64,000 nucleotides of DNA, taken from NCBI RefSeq assembly GCF_009914755.1, contig NC_060930.1; one strand, given 5' to 3'. The notes under the pieces were generated by a model. The model searched no databases. It saw only the letters and a program-made list of their open reading frames with translations, and had not been told where the DNA came from. This document shows positions 23,191 through 48,438 of the stretch, one piece after another. The position numbers and the translations under genes are program-made. Numbering within the stretch: the first letter of the stretch is position 1; every line of letters begins with the position of its first letter. The stretch comes from the human T2T-CHM13v2.0 reference genome, Homo sapiens.

Positions 23191-23988
23191 GCTAATGAGC
23201 ATAATATTTTACATTTATTGGTCTCAAATGTTTAAATTAACATTTTAAAAAATGTATGACTCTCAATTAACTGTGGTTTGCATATCATCCTCATTTATTC
23301 ATGCAAAAAAAACCCATTTATTAAGGTTCTATTATGGTTCAGGCTTTCTGCAAAGCAATATAGATATGAAGATTAATAAACAGCCTGTCCTCAAGAAGCT
23401 CACAGTCCAGGGATAGAATGTATATATATCAATATATAGATATAACTATATAGATACAGATATCTATATATAGAATGTATAGATAATTCTATTTCAGAAT
23501 AATTGAAAGATCTCTAAAATCAAGATTCAGTTTTGTTTATTACATATTTCTTACTGTGATTAAGACTTTATTATTCATCATTTCTACATTTTAAATTATT
23601 CAAGTAATACACGCTCACTGGAAAAAAAATAGAAAATTCAGAAAACCAAGAAACGATTAATTTATAGTCCCCTGAAATCTACTACCATAAGTTAATTGGA
23701 CCACAAATTAACTGTTCCTAAGTTAATCAGAAATTTTATTCCCTAAACATTATTACCTTTTATGAGTTTGGTTACTAATGAAACAAAATCCCTCATTTCC
23801 ATCAGCTTGCCATGTATATACTAAGAGAGCATGCTCTATTATAAAGGAAAAGTTAGTATAAATTGTAAAATGCCAAGAAACTAGTATGATAACCACATCC
23901 AAATCAGTACCTTCAGATACCAGATATACAGAATTGTGAAATGAATGCATGTTAGTCAGAGTAAATGAGATTTAGATATACCTATATC

Positions 23989-24314
<326 letters not shown>

Positions 24315-25295
24315 TTACATATGTGCAGTTTTTACTAAGGTTTATTATACAGAAAAGGAGGATACATTCAGTGAATATTTACTTTTGACGGGATTTCCTT
24401 TTTTTTCCTGAAAGGTGATAGATGTCAAGATACTTGTTGAATGACTATCAGAGAGAAGTATGTTAATTTTTTTTAAATGTAGGTCTCACTGTCACATGAC
24501 CTTTTTGCTGAAGTAAGGCTGGTTCAAATAACATGGGAAAAAAACTGAAACTTGCAAGATGATGCTTGCTTGAGATAGTGGTACTGGTGGTTTTGCTCAG
24601 CCATATGCTGCTCTCCTACTTTACTGCTCCGAGAGATACTTTGAGTTGCTTTTCTAATGGTGGTGAGACATTTGTACATATCTACTCACATGAGAACAAA
24701 CTGCACTTGTAACAGTGGCTGCTCAGGATTAAAGGTCTGGTCCATGGTCACAGAACAAAGGTGAACTAATTGGCCCGGAAAGGTGTCAAAGCCCCAGCAA
24801 GAACCTGCCAAGCCAAACTGCTACCTTTCACATAATCAGAAAAGAAGAGGTGGAAACAAAGAAGCTAGCTGCCTGTGAAGTTAAAAGTACTTTTTAAAAA
24901 AGTATGCAAATGTCGCCTGTTTTCATGCTTAGGACTTCAGATTCATATTCTGGGTCACTATCTTTATAAATACAACCTAAATTTGGGTTGGATGAGACAC
25001 CAGATCTCTCTAATGACCCATTTCACCATGTTAAATGTTTGCTTTGAATTAGCCTTTTCAATTATTTTGAGAAACTGGACAGCCAAAAATTTACATACCT
25101 TATTATTTTTTTTAAAAAAGGCCAAGTATAGAAAAATGTCTATAAATCTCCACATTTGGGAATCAGAAAAAAGCAAGGAAAAGAATGCAATCTAATATCT
25201 CCTGGGAGCTAACTATGTGATGACACTTTTATGTTCTTTATTATAACAGCCCTCAGAAATATTAATTATCATTATTCCCATTTAATAGGTAAGGA

Positions 25296-25593
<298 letters not shown>

Positions 25594-25747
25594 AGGTAAG
25601 ATTTCAAGAATGTATTTTGACCAAGATTAGACCGTAGTATGTGGCAGAGATGAGTCTCAGAAGTATAGCAATTGGATTCCATTTTCTTAGCACATAACAG
25701 AATATATGCAATACTTAATATATCTTACGGTTTAAAAGCAGGTTGTA

Positions 25748-26638
<891 letters not shown>

Positions 26639-26768
26639 GGGTTGTAGATTGTATTTAAGAGTGAATGACATCTATGTACCCGCCCCCGACCCCGACCCAC
26701 CAAGAGCATTTAAACTTGTAAATCAAGCCCTTTAATATTATCCATTGAAGAAATCCCAGAGTCTAGAG

Positions 26769-27025
26769 CAGGGGTCCCCAACCTCCAGGCCATGGACTGG
26801 TACTAATTCTGTGGCCTCTTAGGAACTGGGCTGCACAGCAAGAGGTGAGCGGTGGGTGAGCGAGCATTACTGCCTGAGCTCCACCTCCTGTCAGATCAGC
26901 ATGGGCATTAGATTCTCAAAGAAGTGTGAACCCCGTTGTGAACTGTGCATGCCAGGGATCTAGGTTGCCTGCTCCATAATGCCTGATGATACGAAGTGGA
27001 ACAGTTTCATCCCGAAACCATCCCC
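26769..27025 (+). mobile_element. MER1 (MER1B-like) hAT DNA transposon, 3'-truncated
   Basis: caggggtccccaacc...actgcctgagctccacctcctgtcagatcagc...gggatctaggttgc. Confidence 0.85.
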
Positions 27026-27715
27026 ATGCATTGAGTGCTGTATTCTAGGTGTGCAAGGATGAGGTAAAGTGGGGATTGAGAAGCAACAACAATATGAGCT
27101 GCTCAAAAAGCGAAACAAGATCACTCCTTATTGTGGACAGGACAGTTGCTCATCCAGGATCCATTTCTCTCTCCTCTCCCTGCTTACTAATAAAACCGTA
27201 ATTTTCTTCAGGTATTTACTGCTCCTGCTAATGATTAATTTAGGAAAGGATATATCATCCAATTCTAGCCTAAGAGATATGAGGGAAATCCACCACTGAG
27301 CTCCTAGGAAAGACCCACGTAGAAGTGGGAGTTGTTTCCTCTAGATGTTGCCCTGTCTTGACAGGACATACCAAGGGCTACTGTAGCTTAACTGCTACCA
27401 GGCTGATGATAAAGACAACAGTAAGGAAGGCAGAGCACGGACAGAGAGGGCTTCAATAGTGCTGAGTTGTCATGTTAAACTATCCCTGATGCCTGACTAC
27501 CTCTGCATATACAGTTAGAGTAAAATATATAGAGAGAGAGTAAAATATACATCTTCACTTATATGCACATCTATTTAATTGGGTTTTCCATTTTTTTGCT
27601 GCTGAAAGCATTCCAATGAATTTACTCCCTAAGATAAAAAATGGTTACACTATACGAAATCTAGATATGCCAACATTAACAACTACTAGAACATGTAAGT
27701 ATTTCCTTAGGATGG

Positions 27716-28055
27716 TGTATTAGTTATCTATTGCTGCAAAACAAACTAGCATCTTAAAACAACTGACATTTATTATTTCACAGTTTCTGAGGGTCAGGAA
27801 TCCAGGAATGGCTCAGCTGGCTGGTTCTGGCTCATGGTTTCTCGTGAGGTTGCAGTCATGCTGTTGGCCACGGCTACAGTCATATGAAGGGGCTGAAGAA
27901 TCTGCTCCAAGCTCAATTAAATGGTTGTCGGCAGTAGGCTTTAGTTCTTGCCACACAGGCCACTCACGTGCCATGGCAGCTGGCTTCCCTAGAGCAAGTG
28001 ATCCAGGAGAGTAAGAACACACCCAAGAAGGACGAAGGAAGCTTCACTATATATA

Positions 28056-28106
<51 letters not shown>

Positions 28107-28532
28107 GAGACAGAGTGTCACTCTGTTGCCCAGGCTGGAGTGCAGTGGCATGATCTTGGGCTCACTGCAACCTCCGCCTCCCGGGTTCATGTGATTCTCT
28201 TGCCTCAGCCTCCTGAACAGCTGGGATTACAGATGTGTGCCACCATGCCCGGCTAATTTTTGTATCACTGTATTGGTCAGGCTGGTCTTGAACTCCTGAC
28301 CTTGTGATCTGCCTGCCTTGGCCTCCCAAAGTGCTGAGATTACAAGTGTGAGCCACCATGCCTGGCCTTCTTCACTATCTTTTATAACCTAATCTTGGAA
28401 GTAACATGCCATTGCTTCTACTCTATATTATTGGTCACACAGATCAACTCTAGTACAATGTAGGAAGGGTTTGCACAAGGCGTACAAGGAGGTGGGGCTA
28501 ATTGGGGGTGATCTTGGTGGCTGGCTACCACA
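27716..28532 (-). mobile_element. MLT1 LTR interrupted by (TA)n and an AluS(-) at about 28048-28367
   Basis: MLT1 antisense motifs (tagttatctattgctgc; cacagtttctgagggtcaggaatccagg; ggctggctaccaca). Confidence 0.8.
28048..28090. repeat. (TA)n microsatellite at an Alu tail
   Basis: Directly visible. Confidence 0.95.
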
Positions 28533-28764
28533 GATGAAGTTCGTGATTAGAATTATTGGGGTCAACAGATCTGAATATATAAAAATCTCTTAAAACATTC
28601 TTTCAAATTGTTTTCTAGAAAAATTCTTTTGATCTGCATACTAACCAGCCAAGTTTGAGACTATCTTGCCATTAAGTAGAATTATTGTTTCACTTTTCAG
28701 ATAAAAAGTGACACTTCATTTAAACTTGGGAAGACATTTCACTTATTAGCCATTTGTTCTTCCT

Positions 28765-30488
<1,724 letters not shown>

Positions 30489-31314
30489 CAGAGTCTACTT
30501 TTAAAGAGAGTGCTCCAAAGAGAAATTCCTTCTCTGCTCCCTCCCAGTTATGCTTCTGGTGAAGGTGGTGGTACGGAAGAGTAAGGCAGGCACCAGGTGA
30601 ACCTGGTAAGGAGCAGAAGTATTAAGGATGACTTACAAGTTTTTGACTTGAAAATCTGAATGAATGGTGATGTGTTTTATGAAGATAGAGAACAATGGGA
30701 TGGCTTCGAAGGGAAAGATCATATATGTGGTCTTAGATGTCCTGAGTCTGAGATGCCTGTGAGAACTTCAAGTGGAGGTGTTGAGAAAACAGTTAAATAT
30801 TTAGCTCCAGAGCCCAGCAGTGACCCAGGATGGAGATAAAAATTGGGACTCACCAGCCTATAGACAGATGGTAATTGAAGGCTTGGGTTTCATTTTCTGA
30901 ATGGCTTACTCTTGTCCTTTGATCAGAATGGTATTCTGTTAAACACTTTACATGCCTAATAGTGATGTTTTATCTCTCAGGCAAATAAACTGCCTTTTAA
31001 GATATTTTGCTGTGATAGTTGTAAGTAACCTAGAGTGCCTCCAAATGGTATACAAATTCAATTTAGACATTTAACAAATAAAAACATTCATCAACTAGAT
31101 CCACTCTAAATTTGAGGGTCTACTTAATCAAAAGGGCCACTATACATACTAAGCTTTCTTAGTCACCAACAGTTTCTCTGCCTTCTCAATATCTATATCA
31201 ACCTTCACTTTACCACTTTGCATATTTAATCTAATACTCCTATATTTGATTTCTAACATGTATACTTCACAAAACATTTGCTACTTTTATTTTTTTAATT
31301 AAAAAAGTTTGCTA

Positions 31315-32377
<1,063 letters not shown>

Positions 32378-32617
32378 TCACTTTTCCTATTTCTAATCTA
32401 CTAAATAAAACTTTCAATATAAACCCCCTTCTACTTTGGTAGGGTGAATTAGCTTCTTTGAACTCAAACTCACTGATTCCCTCTTTCTAGTCGACGTCCC
32501 CTGCCCACCTTCATCCATTTTTATGGCAACAGTCTCAAAGCCCCGATCTTCCATTGTTATTACTCTGTGCTTCTGTAGGCATACATGTACAATAATGTCT
32601 ACATATGAACACTGTAG

Positions 32618-33125
32618 TCCTCTCTGGCTGCTGGAGGATCTACTATCATCAGGAACTCTATGGTAACTATCTGGTCCAGGAAGTTCATGACCAACTGACT
32701 GACTACTTCAGTGGAAATACAACAAATGGTAATTGATGTCCTTTATCCTTGGAGGGCAACAGTACCTAAGGCAGAAATTCAGAGAAAATCTACCAAAATC
32801 TCACTGGATGTTATATTTGTATTTGGATTCAGAGCTCACATTGGTGGCGGCAAGAAAACTGGCTTTGGCATGATGTACGACTCGCTGGATTATGCAAAGA
32901 AATGTGAACCCAGATATGGACTTGAAAGATATAGCCTGTGTGAGAAGAAAAAGACCTGAAGAAACAAAAAAGCTGAGCAAGAACAGAATGAAGTCAGTCA
33001 GGGAGACTGCAAAGGTCAAAGTTGGTGCTGGCAAAAACAAGGAGTAAAGATTTTGCAATGACTTTGTGGTGATCCTGCAAATTCAGTCACCACAAACAAC
33101 AAAACTGAAGGAAAAAAAAAAAAAA
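32618..33125 (+). pseudogene. RPS24P: RPS24 (40S ribosomal protein S24) processed pseudogene, antisense to PDSS2
   Basis: Intronless match to RPS24 (QMVIDVL.P..ATVPK.EI...[30 protein letters not shown]). The ATG has changed to AGG, there are frameshifting insertions and a premature TGA at about 32957. It has a poly(A) tail at 33112-33125 and a target-site duplication (TSD) CACTGTAG at 32610-32617 and 33128-33135. Confidence 0.95.
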
Positions 33126-33364
33126 GCCACTGTAGGTGCTTCATGAACAGCCCTGACATGGCTTTCCTGAAACTCCAAGTACCAAACCTTTGCCCTCTCC
33201 AGCCTGGGGAGGATTGACATTCCACTACTAAATGGTTCCTAACCCTGGAGGGTAGGACTTAGGTCCTCAGGCTAGAAGCCTCCAGTTAAACTCTTCAAAC
33301 CAGCTCCCTAATCTCACGCTTGGCCTAGACCACCAGTTCCCCACAAATCTCTTAATCCATCTGA

Positions 33365-34015
33365 CTCCAGTTTACTATTGATAAAGGTACCCCCAAACTC
33401 AGGGGCTTCAAACAACAATCATTTATTATCACTCACTGTCTTTGGATCAGCTGAGATTCAGCTAATCTAGACTGGTAGCTCTGCCTCTCACTGCACATCT
33501 CTAGGTTGGCTGGAGAGGCTCTGCTCCAAGGGTCTCTCACTCTTCCTGGACCAGCAGACTAGCCAGGGCATGTTTTTCTCATAGTGATGAGAAAAACATG
33601 CCCAAGAGAGCCTCTTACTGGTCAAAGCAAGTGAGCCCAGAGTTAAAGGACAGGTAAGTACCCCCTGCCCATAATGGGAGGACATTACAGTGACATGGCA
33701 AAGGGCATGAATGTGTACATAAGTTATCTACTGCTGCGAAAAAAATGACCCCAAATTTAGTGGTTTAAAGCAAGAGTAAAAATTTATTTTCTCACAATTT
33801 CTGTAGGTTAAGAATTCAGGAGGCGGGGCACGGTGGCTCATGCCTGTAATCCTAGCACATTGGGAGGCCAAGGCATGAGGATCCCTTGAACCCAGGAGTT
33901 TGAGACCAGCCTGGGCAAGATGGTAAGACCCCATCTCTATTTAAATTAAAAAAAATTTTTTTAAAGAATTCAGGAATGGCTAAACTGGGCTGTTTTAGCT
34001 TGGGGCCTCTCATGA
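33365..34015 (-). mobile_element. MLT1-type LTR fragments with an inserted Alu left monomer (about 33821-33955)
   Basis: ccccaaactcaggggcttcaaacaacaatcatttatt; cccaaatttagtggtttaaagcaa; TSD AAGAATTCAGGA around the monomer. Confidence 0.7.
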
Positions 34016-34596
34016 CAGACTAGAAATGCTACTTTCTGCAAAGAGACAGAAATGAACCTGTACAAATACCCTATACTCCTAATTATTATCTATTACTTTT
34101 TAAACCATATTTTTGTGCAATGCAATAAGTTTCATGTGAAAATGCTGTTTTGGAGGGGCTTAGCATCAAAGTAAAAGACTGTGATATGCAAAGAACAGGT
34201 TAAAAGATGGTAGATGTTGACTTAGTTCCACAAAATACACAGTAAGAGAGTAATAAAACAGGAGACATCAGTTGTAAATGACTTAATAAATTGAAAGGTA
34301 GGATACCTGCTGAACTCCTGCGCCCTTGCCCTACACTTGTTTCCACTGCCAACAATCTCGTCTGTTGCTTCACACCTGTTTTTATTTCAACGCTCCTCCA
34401 GCTGGTCTCTCTGCTTCTAATTTCTTTGGCTTCCAATTTATCCTATTCACAGCTTCTACATAATCTTTATCAAAGATCTTACTGTATAAGACCCTATGGT
34501 TATTTGCTACTGCTTACTATTTTAAATCCAAATTCCTCAATACAAATGTTCAAGATCTATCCACTGAGTTATTTCTCCCTTCAAAAATTATCACCT

Positions 34597-34887
<291 letters not shown>

Positions 34888-35020
34888 CTAGTAAAGCCCC
34901 AGCTCCAGCTCCTATTGTACCTTTGTCTCTATCTCAGCTCTCAAGACACGGGTACCTGATTTGTCTAGCACAGTTGCTAGCACGTAATAGGTACTCAACA
35001 TTTGTTGAGTGAGCAGTCCT

Positions 35021-35054
35021 AGAGTAATAACTAAAACAGAGTAATAACTAAAAC
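35021..35054. repeat. Perfect 17-bp tandem duplication AGAGTAATAACTAAAAC x2
   Basis: Directly visible. Confidence 0.95.
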
Positions 35055-35224
35055 AGAATGATAGATTCCTTTCCTTAGTTAGATTTACTTGAACCTGTGT
35101 CCAAAGCACCTTCATGTTTATACTACATATATTTTCATAACACCTGTCTGCCCCTCTGAAATTGAACTACTGCAGCCTCGAACTCCTGGCTCAAGTGATT
35201 CTCCTACCTTGGCCTCCCCAGAAA

Positions 35225-35670
35225 CTCTTCTATTCACCCACCATGCTCCATCTGGGTGGGCCTTCTTTCTATTCCTTGGACAGATTAAGGCAATTCCTTC
35301 CTCAGGCCTTTGCTGGAGTTGCTTCCTCTTCCTGGAATGTTTTTTCCCCCCAACATAGTTAGCTGCTTTTTGTCATTCAGATCTCAACTTAAATGTTATT
35401 TCCTAAAACAGGCCTTCCATGAACATCCAATCTAAAGTAACTCCTTCAATCCTTCACTATCATTTCTCCCTATTTAGTTCTCTCCTATACAGTTATTGCT
35501 TCCAGTTATTTCTCTTGTTCATCTATTCATGTGATTTCTTGTTTATAGTTGGCCTCTCCACTGAGATGTGAGCTCCATGGGGGCAAAGATGTCTCATTCA
35601 CTGAGCACTTGTATTTCCAGTGCCTGCCACACAGCAGATGCTCAAAAGACACATTAAATGAATAAACAAA
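35225..35670 (+). mobile_element. L2 fragment
   Basis: cctcttcctggaatg...tgtgagctccatg.gggca...ccagtgcctgccacacagcagatgctcaa. Confidence 0.75.
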
Positions 35671-35728
35671 TCTGACTTCCCAGCTAATGCTCAATGACTA
35701 TTTCCTGATCCCAACAAACTTCAATAGT

Positions 35729-37396
<1,668 letters not shown>

Positions 37397-37809
37397 CTCT
37401 ATTTTTATCTTACTAGATTTTTTTTTTTTTGTCTACCTAAAAATATTTGCCTATCAGTCTACAAAGATGAATTCCCAAATCATCTTTCTGGAGCTCTTTA
37501 CTCTTTCATCTGGAGAGTCTGCCAGCACCTCAACATTAATTCAACCTCAACTAAACTTATCTGCTTCTCTCTAAAACCAGTCTTTGGCTGGCAACTATAT
37601 AATCATGTTTTCTGGTCAATTAGATGCAAAACATTGGTGTCATTTTTGATTTCTTATTCCCATGGCCAATGTACCCAATAGACACACTAAACATGCACTT
37701 AGGGTACCAGCAATGCAATAGCACCATAAAATTTATAGGAGGGAAATGTTTTATTTGTTATTTTTATAAAAGTCATTATAACATAAATTTTTAAAAGTCC
37801 TGAAAATCA

Positions 37810-39445
<1,636 letters not shown>

Positions 39446-39836
39446 TACATTCTGGCATTACAGATCTTCTACCATGCGTTATAAACACCTACTTTTGCAA
39501 TATTACTTTTCACTGTTCCTTTACTTCTATGTGAAGGAAGCCCTGATCTCAAATATGCTTTCTTTCCATTCATCATGCTATTTCCTCTACTTGGAATGCC
39601 ATACATCTCCATCTATAGACATCTTCCCAATCTTTAATGTCCATCTCAAATGTAACATTCTTTTTGATGCCTTTTCTGATTTCCCCAACTAGATGTGAGT
39701 TCTTGTTCACATTACCCTCCTGTTATTTTTCTTAATGGGAAAAAAATCATTTGGCTCTTTTTACTATGTTTTAGATGGCAGCACAGGGCTTTGCAGGTAG
39801 AAGACAGTCCTTAACTTCCTAGTGGACTGAATTATC

Positions 39837-40820
<984 letters not shown>

Positions 40821-41199
40821 AAATGGACAGAAGGACAGAAGTTATCTTGCCCCACAAAAACATAATGATATTCATCATTATAATCCACTGACTGATACTG
40901 AAAGTATTAATATAATCCGTGCTTGAAAAAAATAGATGGGATCTTTGCAACTTAAGTCACTTGCTAAAACCAGTTCTTTCCCAAGAGAACTGGATTCTCT
41001 TTTAAAACCCTCTCACTTTCCTGAGACTGAGGCCAAGCCAATAAGAGCTGAACCTCTGGAGACAGGAAAGAGGTGTCTTGTTCCCCATCTCAACACCAAC
41101 ATGAGTCAGAGACACTGCCTTTGCAGAGGACCTTGATTAAATTCCCCAGGAAGGATCAGGAGTGGGTGGAAAATAAACAATAAAAAATCAGAAAATGAG

Positions 41200-41743
41200 T
41201 GTGTTCGGGATCTCCAAATCACCCCCAGGTTTGATGATTTGTTAGGATGACAGATGTTACTCAGCATATAGTCAAATTCATCGTAATGACTTTTTTACAG
41301 TGAAAGGATACAATGCAAAACCACTAAAAAGAGACAGCCCCATAGGGTGAAGTCTGGAAGAAACCAGGTGTAAACTTCTAAGAATCCCCTCTCAGTGGAG
41401 TCACGCAGAGTGTGCTTAATTCCTCCAAGAATGAGCTGTGATAACATGTATGAAACATTGTCTACCACGGAGATTTACTGGAGACTGACTTAGTGGTGAG
41501 GGTTTTTATTAGGGCTGGTCATGTAGGCATTTTCTGCCTAGCATGTAGCAAAATTCCAGACTCCTATAAGGAAAGCAGGTATTCAGTATAAACCATATTG
41601 TCTGTAAACAGTTTAGGCACTGCGAGCCATTCTTATCATTTGGAGGATGGTAGGAACACTCCTAAAATCCAGCTTCTCCGATGCTAGCCAAGGATCAACC
41701 TTATAAGCAGGTTTTTCTCAGGACAGTAATCCTTTTCTGCACA
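41200..41743 (-). mobile_element. MER77/MER21-family LTR
   Basis: Ends ...ccttttctgcaca (TGTGCAGAAAAG on the minus strand); internal cacccccaggtttgatgatt and cagtggagtcac motifs. Confidence 0.8.
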
Positions 41744-41889
41744 GAGGTATACTGAAAATACTCTTCTTGATTTAAGAATCTCACTTTCAGGATTTTTTTT
41801 TTTAAGCAAATAGTATGAAATTGAGCAAAGTTATATACAGTAAGATGTTATCACAATATTGTTTAATTTAGTAAAGAAAACTGGAAACA

Positions 41890-42854
<965 letters not shown>

Positions 42855-43019
42855 TAAGTTAAAATGATAAGACAATTAGAATTTAGATATACAGGTCTGT
42901 GAATCCAAAGTCAATTTTGTAAAAATGTAAAATATTTAGTGAGTACAGTAAGTAACATGAGCGTAATATATAAAACAGCTTAACTGGGGAACTCTTGACC
43001 ATTTAAAATGCAATTTTCC

Positions 43020-43632
<613 letters not shown>

Positions 43633-43868
43633 GCAATTTTTCTATTTCAAATGCTTCTTTCTTCAATGAGCTAACATTTAAAAAGCAGAGAGGGGAGATA
43701 TTTTCTTATAAACACTAAAGAAAGCAGAATGGCTAATTTTTATTATAATGAGCAAATGGTTCACAAACTAGCCAATGCAAAAATGAAAATATATTTCAAT
43801 GGATAGAACAAAGGATGAATTTCCTAAGCTATTTTGTATGTTTATATAGCTGTAATTCAACTTACTTA

Positions 43869-44535
<667 letters not shown>

Positions 44536-45145
44536 TGCTCTACAAACTTCTTTTGGAGAAGGTGACTTCTAATGTATCCAGTTCCAATTCCCTTGCATTT
44601 GTTGCTATGCATCTACCTTAGTCACATATATGCTATTTAACAGAAAGCTATTTTCCTACTACCCAGGATCTTCACCACTGCATTAAGCTGCCATATAGAA
44701 AACAGACTGCTATTGTATCCTCTTACCCCTAGAAAGATGAAATGGTTTGCAGCTTCTTTTAAATCACAAAAAAATTCTTTTGTGTACTAAATTGGCCCAA
44801 GGCTACGGAGGTTGTGCAACAGAGATCCACAGAGGAGCCTCTCTTCCCACATGACCTCCACTTGTGGCTGCTTCCCAGTCCTGCCAGAACATGAAAACCT
44901 TGAAAGCACTCCATGTGGGGGCAGTGCTCTCTCTGGCATCTGAAGTACTTCTTGCGCTGTTAGAAAAAACAAATTCTGAAGAGCCATTGCAATGGTAAGC
45001 ACACTCAGGAAAAAAAGCCAGAATTTTTCTGGTTAGGAAGGGAAATGTGGTTAACCTAAATTGGACCTGAGGCACAAATGGAGGCATCAAGAAGCACTCC
45101 CACTACTACAGTTCAACTATGCATTTTTGTTTCCATTCTTTTTGA

Positions 45146-45718
<573 letters not shown>

Positions 45719-46582
45719 TTCTGTTTCCATTATTAAAAAAGAATGGCCCTTTAAATGGTTTGGCTATTTTCAGAAATTTAACTGCTTAAAAAAGGGCTAT
45801 GAGGAGGTGGCAGGGAAAGAGGACAGATGAATGAAGCAGTGCTATAAAGTCTCTTTAATAAAATGTAGCTAATGAAGGTTAGCATTCCTCTGAATCTCTG
45901 TATTTAAATAAAGTCAGCAATTGGTGCTTGCTAAGTGGTGGTTCAAGTACAATCAACAGCCCTTCAAAGACTTTGTTGCTTCTTCTTTTCTCTTTTTCAG
46001 GAAGAAACACATTAAAAATATTAGAAAAAGCATGGGACTGAGAGTCAAGAAAAACCTGGGTTCATTATGAACTGTGAAACATGTTAATATATTAACAAAT
46101 AATTTTCAGACACTATGCTTTCCTGCCATTTGTTACGTTTGAATTTCAGGCTTTTCCTCTATAAATGGGAATACCAACAAATGTCACCCTTTTCATAGGT
46201 GATTGTGTACAAAGAAAGTATAAGCAAACTGTAAAGGGCTATCTAAGTATTAACTGTCGTAGCTGTCAGGTTTCCCTGACATAAAAAATACTTAAAACAT
46301 GGTCACACAATTATTAATGAACTGAGCTTATTATAGTGGACAAATGGTAAGAGTAGATAAATTAAGAACCTTAAAACCAACAATAACGCTTTCATGTAAA
46401 AATTAACATATTTAATTGTGAAATATAGATATCTTATATGGAACTAAGTTGAACACTCTGGAAATATCCCAAGGGAAAACAGTGTCTCAACAGCCAGAAC
46501 TGGTCACTATAATTATCATAGAGTGGGATCTCAGGTATGGCAGACAGATGCTATCAAATCAGGTTTCACTAAAGTACAGAAG

Positions 46583-47250
<668 letters not shown>

Positions 47251-48438
47251 CATCTTCATCATACTATCTATACAACGTAACTTTTTACAAGTGGAACTAG
47301 ACCAGTAGTCACCCATTTTACAATCAGATATTAACCTCCATCCATAGTAGTGAACTTGCATGTCTTTGAAAGGTCCACTGTGGTCATCCATCCTGTGAGG
47401 TCTCTGCATACCAATATGCTGCTTAGGTGAGGCCAGATGTGCCTACTAGGAACTGTGGTTACTTGAACCAAACGTTGGCAGATGTCCAAAGTGCAATTCT
47501 TCATATTCTAACCAGTCTCTGAACCACCCAGAGTCCCTGGGTTATACTTTTAAATTTTAAATTTCTTATCCAAGTTACTCATGCCCTATGTTTCACTTCT
47601 AATAAAATTTATCTTCCTTTTTTCAAATGAAAATGTCAAAAAGCTTAAGATGTGCATATGTGCATACCTTTTCTAATTTGAAGTGAGTGAAATCTTGCTA
47701 ATACAGAAGCTAAAGAAGTTAGAATAATGAAACACTAAGATAGGAGCCCCTTATAATAGTATCTACCATGTTAAATGATGGTGATGGTCAATGAAGCAAT
47801 TACTTCACATCTAACATCCTACCGAAATGAAATAACTGCATTTTAAGGAAATGAAACCTAACCTTTCTTGAGATGTCCTGCTAAATGAGTCAAAAAAATC
47901 TTAATTCTAGACCTATAAAATTAATCAAAATAATCCAACTGTGCAATCATCCCACTTCTTATAATAAAGAATCTAATAATGCAGTAAATTATGCATCTTG
48001 TATATAAAAGATACCCCCATCCCACCTCCCCAACAGTCATCTTCTTAGGCTCAAGGTCCACTCCTCTGTGACACGGAAGGACCCTTCCTCTGGGGAAAGG
48101 ATGGGCTCAGCTGCCTCAGCACGAGCTGCTCCTCCAGCCTGCCTGCCTGTGACACTGCTACCTGCTAGCCAGAAGCATCCCAGTGTCTACTGAGCTGCTG
48201 CAGATTGAACAGACTGTGAATCCAGCCAGAGGATAAGAGGTTGTTTTAATTGGCTAAATCTGCTATGTAGTAAGCGTATGGCCATGAATTTGTAGCCAAA
48301 ACACTAATCAAAAAAAAAAAAAAAAAAAAAAAAAAAGCCATGTACAATTTAAACACAAAACAAGAATGACATTTTCGTTATTCTAGTTGTACCACGACGG
48401 TTTATAACATAACATTTTATGACTCTGAAATCCTTTAC

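Noticed and set aside
32711-32959. 82-aa RPS24-like ORF as a functional retrogene
   Set aside because: GTG start, original ATG lost, upstream frameshifts, an internal deletion and a premature stop. It is a pseudogene.
44787-45090. Two overlapping non-Alu minus-strand ORFs (71 and 95 aa)
   Set aside because: I recognise no homology, the starts are non-ATG, and I saw no convincing splice-site pair.
47352-47392. Minus-strand peptide SGPFKDMQ resembling PDSS2 exon 3 (DGPLKDMQ by recall), a possible duplicated exon relic
   Set aside because: Similarity is limited to about 12 nt / 7 aa, the flanks do not align and there are no matching splice sites. Most likely chance.
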